DNA from: an uncultured Candidatus Saccharibacteria bacterium
GTDB lineage: Bacteria > Patescibacteriota > Doudnabacteria > UBA920
Reading direction: 5' to 3'
DNA: 58,516 nucleotides
Assembly: GCA_964484145.1 (NCBI GenBank)
Contig: CAZAED010000003.1
Location: 1-58,516 of the forward strand
The notes below the pieces were generated by a model. That model was not told the origin of the DNA, ran no database searches, and was given only the letters and a program-made list of their open reading frames with translations. Each line of letters opens with the position of its first letter. Position 1 is the stretch's first letter. A program made the position numbers and the translations under genes. This document shows, in pieces, positions 42,983 through 51,094 of the stretch.

Positions 42983-43098
42983 AATATTATGAAACGAACT
43001 GGATCCTGGATATTTTTGCGGCCTTAGATGATCCTAAGCGTAAAAAATTCCGGGATAACAAAGGTGAGTTAATTGTTAATCGTAAATTGTTAATTGTT

Positions 43099-44487
43099 AT
43101 GACCCCAGTTATTATTCATTTAGATATGAACAGCTATTTTGCTTCGGTTGAGCAGCAGGACAACAAAGAATACCGAGGCAAGGTTTTGGGCGTGTGTGAG
43201 CATTTGGGCGGGATTATAATAGCCGCCAGCATAGAAGCCAAGCGTTGGGGTATAAAAACCGGTACGCCGGTTTGGGAAGCTAAAAAGCTGTATCCTAAAA
43301 TTATCCTCGTTCATACCCGCGCGGATGCTTACAGGGAGTATCACCGCAGGTTTTTAAAAGTAATGCGGGATTACAGTAATTTTGTAGAGCCGGCAAGTAT
43401 AGACGAGGCGTATGCGGACATAACAAGGGTGTGCAATATAAGATGTAAGAATGAAGATGTAAGATATGGGGACTGCTCAGAAATCTTACATCCTAAATCT
43501 TATATCTTAAATTCATTCGTTAATCCTTTTGAAGAAGCTGTAAAGGTGGCTTTGGAAATTAAGCAAAGGATGAAAAAAGAAGTGGGGGATTATTTAACTT
43601 GCTCTATAGGCATTGCGGAGAACAAACTCCTGGCAAAAATTGCGAGTGACTTAAAAAAGCCAGATGGAGTTGTAGTAGTGACGGGTGACGAGTTACGAGT
43701 TACGAGTGGGGAAGCCGAACATTTTACTATTAGTGATCTTTATAACAAGCTTAAACTAACCGACATACCGGGTATAGCTAAGCGTCAGGAAAAAAGGCTA
43801 AACGCGCTTGGAATAAAAACTTTAAAGGAGCTGCGCGATTACCCTTTAAGCAAGCTAGTGCGCGTTTTTGGCATTAACGGTTACCATTTGCACCATATGG
43901 GACAACTTAGCGGCAGCTGGAAAGCCAAAGTTAATTTTGACGAATCTATTAAATCAATCGGCCATATGTATACGCTACCTAAGGAATACAGAAAACCGGA
44001 ATTTTTTGAGCCGGTTTTGTACAAACTTTGCGAAATGGTGGGGGAGAGGCTTAGAAGGAAAAAGTTAATGGGAAATATTGTGGTGGCTTACGTGCGAGAC
44101 GGTAATTATAATTCTTATGGACATTCTGTAAAGTTATCTAACGACATTTTTGACGCAAGGGATTTGTTTTGGGAAAGTAGATATATAATAAAGAATTATC
44201 CGGATATAAATAAAATTATTGCCAATTGTAAACTTATTGGCGTAACAGTAGCAGGACTAAAGCCTTTTGTTTTGCAGCAGTCTTTGTTTAAAAAACAAAC
44301 CGCCCAGGCCTCGCTTACCCGCGCGGTAGATGTAATAAACGCCAAATATGGCAAATTTACCCTCTCCTACGCTCCTGTGTTAAAGGCAGGTAAAGTATTC
44401 CGCGATTCAGTTGGGTTTGGTAGGGTTAAAGAAGTTGGTAATGATGCCGATATTTCCATAAGGCCTGGGAAGAGTTTTAAAAGATAG
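43099..44487 (+). CDS. dinB: DNA polymerase IV (Y-family)
   Basis: IIHLDMNSYFASVEQ, SIDEAYADIT, SIGIA-NKLLAKIASD-KKPDG and the ending of the family are present. About 100 aa longer than usual because of repeat-word insertions. Confidence 0.9.
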   Translation: MTPVIIHLDMNSYFASVEQQDNKEYRGKVLGVCEHLGGIIIAASIEAKRWGIKTGTPVWEAKKLYPKIILVHTRADAYREYHRRFLKVMRDYSNFVEPASIDEAYADITRVCNIRCKNEDVRYGDCSEILHPKSYILNSFVNPFEEAVKVALEIKQRMKKEVGDYLTCSIGIAENKLLAKIASDLKKPDGVVVVTGDELRVTSGEAEHFTISDLYNKLKLTDIPGIAKRQEKRLNALGIKTLKELRDYPLSKLVRVFGINGYHLHHMGQLSGSWKAKVNFDESIKSIGHMYTLPKEYRKPEFFEPVLYKLCEMVGERLRRKKLMGNIVVAYVRDGNYNSYGHSVKLSNDIFDARDLFWESRYIIKNYPDINKIIANCKLIGVTVAGLKPFVLQQSLFKKQTAQASLTRAVDVINAKYGKFTLSYAPVLKAGKVFRDSVGFGRVKEVGNDADISIRPGKSFKR

Positions 44488-44526
44488 CTAAATTGACATA
44501 TAAAAGAGCCGGAGTATAATTAATTT

Positions 44527-44856
44527 ATGAATGCTAATAAGCAAAAAGAAACAACTTTAGACGACTTGGCAATTATGGTTGCCGAGGGTTTTATGGGTGT
44601 GAATGGGAGATTAGATAAAGTAGAAGGTAGATTGGAAAAGGTAGAAAAAGATATTACAGAAGTAAAAGAAGAAATGGGAGAATTAAAGCATAAAATGGAA
44701 GCTTTGGATTCAACAGTGAGAAATTATTTAGAATTGTCGGAAAAGCGGTATTTTGAGTTAAAAAATCGTCAGGACGTTATTGTGTCTTGGGTAAAAACCA
44801 TAGCGGATAAAACCGGAGTAAAAATAGACTTCCAAGAATTGGAAAAAATAGTTTAA
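44527..44856 (+). CDS. hypothetical coiled-coil protein
   Basis: 109-aa heptad-rich ORF followed by a strong terminator. Confidence 0.65.
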   Translation: MNANKQKETTLDDLAIMVAEGFMGVNGRLDKVEGRLEKVEKDITEVKEEMGELKHKMEALDSTVRNYLELSEKRYFELKNRQDVIVSWVKTIADKTGVKIDFQELEKIV

Positions 44857-44863
44857 AATATTT

Positions 44864-44905
44864 AAAAAACGCCAAAATGCGCCTTATGCCAGACGGCGTT
44901 TTTTA
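44864..44905 (+). terminator. intrinsic terminator
   Basis: AAAAAACGCC...GGCGTTTTTT. Confidence 0.85.
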
Positions 44906-45031
44906 AATATAAGAAAATATGGTATAATAAGTTATCTAAATTACCTAAATTTAAAATCATCAACCTCTCCCTAACCTTCTCCAAGTCTTGGAGAGGGAAA
45001 CTAAAAAGGTTAGAGCTAAGGAAACAAAAAT

Positions 45032-45298
45032 ATGCCAGACCAAGCGGAATACAAAAAAATGCTTACGGACTTAATTCAAAAGCAAATGGTGGTTTTAGGT
45101 CCCAATATTGCACTCGACAAAGCCAGGAAAGTTCCGGGTGTTAAAATAGCCGACGACGGTACGGTTTTAGACATGGACGGTAATCCGCCCATGGTACTTA
45201 AAGGCGTGGCTAACGAGTATATGGCACTGTCCGGACAAATCGCGCAAATGACATTAAACAGTCTTTTGGAAAAGTATCCTTCAATAAAAGCGCTCTAA
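45032..45298 (+). CDS. hypothetical small protein
   Basis: 88-aa ORF downstream of an extended -10 element and a structured leader. Confidence 0.6.
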   Translation: MPDQAEYKKMLTDLIQKQMVVLGPNIALDKARKVPGVKIADDGTVLDMDGNPPMVLKGVANEYMALSGQIAQMTLNSLLEKYPSIKAL

Positions 45299-45339
45299 TG
45301 TAGTTTATATTTTCTAAAACAAACATCAAAATTTAGTTA

Positions 45340-47013
45340 ATGATCATAAATATTTTACTTGTCGTTGATTTTATTATTCTTGCCATTGTTGTAACATGGT
45401 ATGTTTTTCGTTCGCTAAAAGAGCGCGATGTTTTAAGAAAACGCTTAAGCCAGAGCTTGCAGCTGCAGCAAAAAGTCTACCAAGCGCAGGTTTTAAAAGA
45501 AATTAGCGAACGTATTGGTTATAGTTTAGACACAAACAAGGTGGTAGAAATTATTACCAACTCTTTAGGTAATTTGCTGGAATACGACACGGTTTCGTAT
45601 ATGGTTTTGTCGGAAGACCATAAGGTAGTTTTTAAATGCCATGTGGAAAATACGGTTAACCATGAATTTACTTCGGAAGTTAAAGAAAAAATGCTAGCAG
45701 CTTTTTCCGCTATTTTAAACGAAGAAATAAAACCTCAAAAAATTGACGAAAGCATAACGGGAAATATTTTAGACGACAATATAAATGTTGTGGTTAAATC
45801 GTATTTTAATTTACCTGTGGTTATTGGTGAAAAATTAATTGGGCTTATAAACGTAGCTTCTTCGGAAGCAGGTCGCTATGGCGACGAGCAGGCTTCTATT
45901 TTATATACCATAACTAACCAAGCGGCTACTGCTGTAACTAAACTGCAGGCGGTTTTACATTCGGAAAAAGGCAAGCTTGAGGCTGTTATAGACTCTATTG
46001 CAGACGGAATTATTAACGTGGATTTAAACCATCAACTTTTAATTGCTAATCCGGCGGTTAAAGAAATTTTAGAAATAAACAACTTAAAGCCCGGAGAGGC
46101 TCTTACTATGTTCGACATAGTAGACGCACTTGCAGGTAAAACCGACCTTAGGACTAAAATTGACCAGGCTTTAAGCGAAGACAAAGCAATTTTTGTGCCT
46201 GACGTTGTTTTAAAAAACAAAGCTTTAGAAATTACCATTACTCCAGTTAAAACAGAAAAAAATGAAAAAATTGGCACTAACGTAGTTTTTCATGACATTA
46301 CTACTGAAAAATCTTTAGAAAAACTTCGTCAGGAATTTACTGCTATGATGGTGCACGAACTACGCGCGCCTCTAACCGCGGTTCGCTGGTCAAGCGAGTC
46401 AATGATAAAAACCTTAGCCGCTGCACAAGGCACGGACCCAGGCAAGCTTAAGGACACCTTTTTAACTATAGAAACAGCGTCGAACAATATGCTCGAGTTA
46501 GTTAACGACTTGCTAGATGTAGCAAAAATAGAAGCCGGTAAATTTGAGCTAAACATTCAAGACTACGATTTAGTAGAAACTTTAAAGCAGCAAGTTGAGG
46601 CATTTAAACCCCAGGCCGAAGCTAAGCATTTAACAATTAAATTTACTTCCCCGGAAAAGTTTAAATGTAAGTTTGACCGAGTGCGCGTGGCTCAGGTTTT
46701 GGGTAATTTAATAAGCAATGCTATAAAATATAGTGACGCAGGTGAAATTTCGGTAAATATTAACCCGGAAACAAATGCTAAGCGAGTTGTAATTGGCGTA
46801 AAAGACAACGGTATAGGAATATCGCCGGAAGATTTGCCTGTACTGTTTTCTAAGTTTAAGCAGCTTAAAAGCGGCGACAGAAGCCGTAAAGGAACTGGCC
46901 TTGGTTTGGTGGTGACTAAAGGTATAGTCGAATCTCATGGCGGTCAGGTTTGGGTAGAGAGCCAGGGGGAAAATTTAGGTTCAACATTCTACTTTTCTTT
47001 GCCGACGGAGTAA
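45340..47013 (+). CDS. sensor histidine kinase (TM-GAF-PAS-HisKA-HATPase)
   Basis: H-box MVHELRAPLT, N-box LISNAIKY, G-boxes DNGIGI and GTGLGL. Confidence 0.92.
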   Translation: MIINILLVVDFIILAIVVTWYVFRSLKERDVLRKRLSQSLQLQQKVYQAQVLKEISERIGYSLDTNKVVEIITNSLGNLLEYDTVSYMVLSEDHKVVFKCHVENTVNHEFTSEVKEKMLAAFSAILNEEIKPQKIDESITGNILDDNINVVVKSYFNLPVVIGEKLIGLINVASSEAGRYGDEQASILYTITNQAATAVTKLQAVLHSEKGKLEAVIDSIADGIINVDLNHQLLIANPAVKEILEINNLKPGEALTMFDIVDALAGKTDLRTKIDQALSEDKAIFVPDVVLKNKALEITITPVKTEKNEKIGTNVVFHDITTEKSLEKLRQEFTAMMVHELRAPLTAVRWSSESMIKTLAAAQGTDPGKLKDTFLTIETASNNMLELVNDLLDVAKIEAGKFELNIQDYDLVETLKQQVEAFKPQAEAKHLTIKFTSPEKFKCKFDRVRVAQVLGNLISNAIKYSDAGEISVNINPETNAKRVVIGVKDNGIGISPEDLPVLFSKFKQLKSGDRSRKGTGLGLVVTKGIVESHGGQVWVESQGENLGSTFYFSLPTE

Positions 47014-47017
47014 TAAT

Positions 47018-47192
47018 ATTGACAAAATCGACAGAATTGACAAAATTAGGGGGCAACTGCGGTGGAATTATGTCAATTATTTAATTATTCCCGCCTGCCA
47101 AAATTAGTCTGTTTTACATCGCCGACTTATGATTATCAATAATCTTTTATAAGATAAAGATTTGGCGGGCCGGTAAATTTTGTTCAATCCTG
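47018..47192 (+). repeat. ~175-nt dispersed structured element, copy A
   Basis: Aligns along its length with 55308-55491 with only scattered substitutions. It has a family-E hairpin, then a long-range stem CCCGCCTGCCAAA / TTTGGCGGGCCGG enclosing about 55 nt. Confidence 0.9.
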
Positions 47193-47263
47193 TTTTTTCT
47201 GCTATTATATTACTAACTAATCCCCTTAATTAAGGGAAAAATTTATAAAATAATATATTTTTT

Positions 47264-47647
47264 ATGGTAAAAATACTTGTTGCTGAGGACGATAAACTTA
47301 TTTCCGCGTCTTTATGCGATGCCTTAAAGCAAAATGGTTATGAAGCCACTCCTGCCTACGACGGCGAGGAAGCTGTTGCAAAGGCAAAGGAGCTTAAGCC
47401 CGATTTGCTACTTTTAGACATAATGATGCCAAAACTAGATGGCATTTCGGTTTTATGGGAATTAAAAAGCAATGAAGAAACAAAAAAAGTTGCGGTGGTG
47501 GTTTTAACTAATATGGGTGATATGGAAACTATTAGTAAAATTTTAGAAGCTGGTGCTACTGACTATTTACTTAAGAGCGACCAGTCCATAGACGAAGTTA
47601 TGAAAAAGGTAAGAGATGTGTTAAGTAGGGACGTAAAGCTAAGCTAA
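47264..47647 (+). CDS. single-domain response regulator (CheY-like receiver)
   Basis: ILVAEDD, LLLLDIMMP and LTN-G motifs plus the conserved K context. No output domain. Confidence 0.92.
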   Translation: MVKILVAEDDKLISASLCDALKQNGYEATPAYDGEEAVAKAKELKPDLLLLDIMMPKLDGISVLWELKSNEETKKVAVVVLTNMGDMETISKILEAGATDYLLKSDQSIDEVMKKVRDVLSRDVKLS

Positions 47648-47712
47648 TAAGAAGCACATAAGCATTTCAGCTGGTAAGCTTATAAGCTGACTTGCTTACT
47701 GCTTGTAAATCT
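47648..47712 (+). repeat. word-hairpin, family I
   Basis: AAGAAGCACATAAGCATTTCAGC...GCTGACTTGCTTACTGCTTG around AAGCTTATAAGCT. Confidence 0.8.
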
Positions 47713-48132
47713 ATGAAAATAATCCTCAAAGACGGTCGCCGCTATATTATTCGTTTTGACAAGGGCGAAGAAGTACTAACTAAGCTCGCTGAATTTATGC
47801 AAACTGAGCAGGTCGGTGCCTGTAGTTTTAGCGGGTTAGGCGCTATTACTGACCTCGAAATGGGGTATTACAATACGCATGTTAAAGACTATAGGAAGAA
47901 AGTATTTTTAGAAGATTTTGAAATTGTTTCTTTAAATGGTAACGGCAGTATTGTGGAAGGTAAGCCTTTCATTCACGCTCATGGTATGTTTGGCCGTAAC
48001 GATTTTACCACTGTGGGCGGCCATGTTTTTAAACTCGTAGTTTCTGTTACTTGCGAAATATTTTTAATTAAGCTTGACGGTATAATGCAAAGAAAAAATG
48101 TCGAAGAGTTTAATTTAAAGCTGTTAGACTAG
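47713..48132 (+). CDS. PPC/DUF296-domain protein
   Basis: G-EV---L--F-------A-FSGLGA and HAH motifs. The ATG at 47713 is preferred over the upstream TTG inside the repeat. Confidence 0.65.
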   Translation: MKIILKDGRRYIIRFDKGEEVLTKLAEFMQTEQVGACSFSGLGAITDLEMGYYNTHVKDYRKKVFLEDFEIVSLNGNGSIVEGKPFIHAHGMFGRNDFTTVGGHVFKLVVSVTCEIFLIKLDGIMQRKNVEEFNLKLLD

Positions 48133-48169
48133 CGGGGAGTGAGTAGTAAGTAGTAGATGGTATAAAAAA

Positions 48170-48832
48170 ATGGAAAACCAAAATCAACAACAAACACAGG
48201 TCTCTCAAGTTCCGGAACTCCATAAACGCCATTTTAAGTCTTTTTGGCCAATAGTTATAATTGCCGTTCTTTCCGCCTTAGTGGGCGGAATTTTGGTTTT
48301 TCTTTTATTTAACCAAGGCTTAGACGAAGAGCTAAACAGCCTCTTGCCGGGCTCCAGCTATCGCCAAACGCACGAGCAGGTAAAAGATAAGGAAAATAAT
48401 GTCCCTACCTGGCAGACTTATAAAAATGAGGAGTATGGGTTTGAATTGAAATATCCTGGAGATTGGGGCGTAATAAAAGTTTATGATGAAGATTTTTTAG
48501 TACAGCCTGATAAGGAGGGTTGTAGAAATGCTTCTACCATAACAGTTAATTGTGTAAGACTAGAGATTAATTTTAATGTTCAAACGTTCGTAGATTACGA
48601 AGCCTCTGGTAATACATTTAAGGTTATAGACCCTGAGAAATTAAAAGTCTCTGTCTTAAATAATAATTCTTTTTGGGTGCTAGAAGACGAAGCAGAAGGA
48701 ATGGAATTTAAACAGTTTATCATTAAGGATAAATACAAAAGATATTATAGTTTTACCTCTCGTATGGATGTTGATAATAAAGAGCAGCAACTTATAGACC
48801 AAATCCTTTCCACTTTTAAATTTATTGAATAA
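48170..48832 (+). CDS. hypothetical membrane-anchored protein
   Basis: One TM helix, then a beta-rich ectodomain (YKNEEYGFELKYP). Confidence 0.65.
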   Translation: MENQNQQQTQVSQVPELHKRHFKSFWPIVIIAVLSALVGGILVFLLFNQGLDEELNSLLPGSSYRQTHEQVKDKENNVPTWQTYKNEEYGFELKYPGDWGVIKVYDEDFLVQPDKEGCRNASTITVNCVRLEINFNVQTFVDYEASGNTFKVIDPEKLKVSVLNNNSFWVLEDEAEGMEFKQFIIKDKYKRYYSFTSRMDVDNKEQQLIDQILSTFKFIE

Positions 48833-48885
48833 GAGTTTTGGCTTTAAAATCTTACATCTTATATCCTAAATCTTAAATTTCTAAA

Positions 48886-49431
48886 ATGGACACTTTAGCC
48901 CACGGACTTTGGAGTAATATTATTGTTTATAAAAAGTACCCACAGAACAGCAAAATGCGCTGGGTGGCAGTGGCTTTTGGTATGCTGCCTGACTTAATTC
49001 CTTTCGCTCCTTTGTTTATTTATACTTTTTTAACCGGCAGGTTTGGCGGGCCTGAAAACTGGAACTTTAACCACTGGTCTTTAAACTGGGCGCCTTTTGC
49101 CTACAACTATACTCATTCGCTGGTAATTTTTGCTTTTACAGCTTTTTGTGTAGCACTGTATAGGAAAATCAAATACAAAGCCCAAGGTTTTAATTTGTTT
49201 TACTTTCCGATGCTTGCGTGGGGCTTTCATATTTTGCTAGACATGCCAACTCACCCGAATTTTTACAATACCCCGTTTTTGTTCCCAATTTCAGACTACA
49301 AATTAAGTTGGGGTCTTAGTTGGGGGCATTGGGCAATTTTAATTCCGCAATATGTCTTTTTTGCGGTTTGGTACAGCTGGTGGTTCCTACAGAAACGTAA
49401 AAAATCGACAAATCCTATGAGTAATAGTTAG
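48886..49431 (+). CDS. hypothetical membrane protein (possibly YdjM/DUF457-like)
   Basis: MDTLAHGLW start, His-containing TM segments. The family guess is weak. Confidence 0.6.
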   Translation: MDTLAHGLWSNIIVYKKYPQNSKMRWVAVAFGMLPDLIPFAPLFIYTFLTGRFGGPENWNFNHWSLNWAPFAYNYTHSLVIFAFTAFCVALYRKIKYKAQGFNLFYFPMLAWGFHILLDMPTHPNFYNTPFLFPISDYKLSWGLSWGHWAILIPQYVFFAVWYSWWFLQKRKKSTNPMSNS

Positions 49432-49516
49432 GTAATTCTACAGAAAACTACAGAATCTAAAAACAAAGTTTTGTGGCGCGATTCTGTAGTTTTCTGTAGT
49501 GTATTTATGTTGTTGT
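49432..49516 (+). repeat. word-hairpin, family K (CTACAGAA / TTCTGTAG)
   Basis: ATTCTACAGAAAACTACAGAATC faces GATTCTGTAGTTTTCTGTAG. Confidence 0.88.
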
Positions 49517-49990
49517 ATGTTTTATGTAGTCGCTCACAACATCCGTTCACTTTTTAATGTTGGCTCGTTGTTTCGCACAGCCGACGCTTTTTCTGTAAGT
49601 AAGATATATTTAACCGGTTATACGCCAACGCCGGAAATTTTCAAACACAGAATTAAAATAAACAAAACCGCGCTCGGAGCGGAAGAGTTCGTACCTTGGG
49701 AACATAAAATTTCGCCTGTAAGAGTAATAAAAGATTTAAAACGAAAAAATAAAAAAATTCAAATTATTGCGTTGGAAAATAACATAAAAGGTAAAACTGT
49801 AAAGTTAAATAAATTTAAACCCAAATTTCCCTTAGTGTTAATATTAGGCGAGGAAGTGGGTGGTGTGGATAAATCTTTGCTTAAAATGGCAGACAAAGTG
49901 GTAGAAATTCCTATGTTTGGTAAAAAAGAAAGCTTAAATGTTTCTGTGGCTTTTGGTGTCGCGGCTTACCATATTGCAACAAGCCGGTAA
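49517..49990 (+). CDS. SpoU/TrmH-family RNA 2'-O-methyltransferase
   Basis: HNIRS-FN-GS-FRTADAF, LILG-E--G and IPM-G--ESLNVSVA motifs. The ATG at 49517 lies after the repeat arm. Confidence 0.85.
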   Translation: MFYVVAHNIRSLFNVGSLFRTADAFSVSKIYLTGYTPTPEIFKHRIKINKTALGAEEFVPWEHKISPVRVIKDLKRKNKKIQIIALENNIKGKTVKLNKFKPKFPLVLILGEEVGGVDKSLLKMADKVVEIPMFGKKESLNVSVAFGVAAYHIATSR

Positions 49991-50050
49991 TAAACACTAA
50001 TATTTTAAAGGCTCAATCGAATGAGTCTTTAAAAATTCTCAAATTATGCC

Positions 50051-50079
50051 TTGAAAGAAGGCTTTTTTTAATGTAGAAT
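50051..50079 (+). promoter_or_regulatory. sigma70-like promoter in front of high-GC island 2
   Basis: TTGAAA-17 nt-TAGAAT. Confidence 0.6.
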
Positions 50080-50106
50080 TACAATCACATTCCAGGGAGG
50101 AAGATT

Positions 50107-50163
50107 ATGAAAATGGATCTAAATCCCGGAAAATTTAGTGTAAAGGACGTGCTATGGATGTAA
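50107..50163 (+). CDS. candidate 18-codon upstream ORF (MKMDLNPGKFSVKDVLWM)
   Basis: GGGAGGA at 50095-50101 sits five nt upstream of this ATG. Its stop overlaps the start of the 290-aa ORF (ATGGATGTAA). Confidence 0.35.
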   Translation: MKMDLNPGKFSVKDVLWM

Positions 50164-51026
50164 ACCAAAGACATTCTGTTGCCGTGTATGGCGCCGTACA
50201 GGCAACTTTCTCCGAGGAGACTGTGGAATTGCTGAGGAGTGGAGTGGCGTTTGTCGGAGCATCTCATGAAATCAGGTCGGGGTTTAATCTCCCGCCAACT
50301 GCCAGGGTCGTGGTGTATTGTAGTAAAGAGCTTGGACAACCCCGAGTCAACTTGCTCAAAAATGCCGCGGCCAAAATGCCCAATGTGCAATTGGTGGAAG
50401 CGTTCCACCAATCTGATATGGAGACGAAGCTTCAGGGGGTGTTGAGTCCCGTTTTAACACCGCCACTCAGACCTGATGGTGGATTGCAGGCAGATGCTCC
50501 TAGCGTACCAACAACATCACTCCCTTCACCAACACCGCCGCCGCCTTCTAACGGCAAACCGGAGCTCAAGCTCCCACCGCACGGACTGAGATGGAGTTTG
50601 ACTGAGTTCGTGTTCAATAATCTTGACAGGGACTTTCGTTCTGTTGGTGGCGAGGTCGAGCGTCTGTTTGGCCTTGCGAAACAGAACGGTTACCCTGAAG
50701 CTACTGAAAGCGGAGTCGGACAAGCTTTTCGCAAATTCCGCCAGGCAAATGGGTTGTCACAGCCCCGTCCCCGGCGCGGCAAGCTGGCTCAAGCACCGGT
50801 CTTGGTAGATTTGGGATACGTCGAAGTACCGGCGGTTGCTGAATTTTTACAGGACATTCAGAAGATGGGCCAAGGTCTCGCCGTTTTTGTGTCAGCGCTC
50901 GAAAAGGAGCGCGCGGGGAACAAGCGGACCATCGAGGAACTCGAGAGACGGATTAAGATACTTGAGGGAAAACTCGAGAATGCCAAGCAGGCCGCCGATC
51001 TGCTGGCAGCACTTCGGGGGCAATAG
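50154..51026 (+). CDS. orphan 290-aa protein in high-GC island 2 (alpha/beta N-domain, Pro-rich linker, C-terminal coiled coil)
   Basis: This is the only ORF spanning the island. A TTGAAA-17-TAGAAT promoter lies upstream and a strong terminator downstream. The nested alternative-frame ORFs are typical GC-rich shadows. Confidence 0.65.
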   Translation: MDVNQRHSVAVYGAVQATFSEETVELLRSGVAFVGASHEIRSGFNLPPTARVVVYCSKELGQPRVNLLKNAAAKMPNVQLVEAFHQSDMETKLQGVLSPVLTPPLRPDGGLQADAPSVPTTSLPSPTPPPPSNGKPELKLPPHGLRWSLTEFVFNNLDRDFRSVGGEVERLFGLAKQNGYPEATESGVGQAFRKFRQANGLSQPRPRRGKLAQAPVLVDLGYVEVPAVAEFLQDIQKMGQGLAVFVSALEKERAGNKRTIEELERRIKILEGKLENAKQAADLLAALRGQ

Positions 51027-51052
51027 AAGTTGCTTCAGATCCACAAACAACC

Positions 51053-51094
51053 GAAACGAGCGTGCTATATGGAGGAATAGCACGCCGTTTTTAT
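51053..51094 (+). terminator. intrinsic terminator after island-2 ORF
   Basis: AACG-A-GCGTGCTA...TAGCACGC-CGTTTTTATTT. Confidence 0.85.

Noticed and set aside
42989-43024. 11-codon mini-ORF (MKRTGSWIFLRP) in the dinB leader
   Set aside because: It has no RBS and is too short to support without conservation data.
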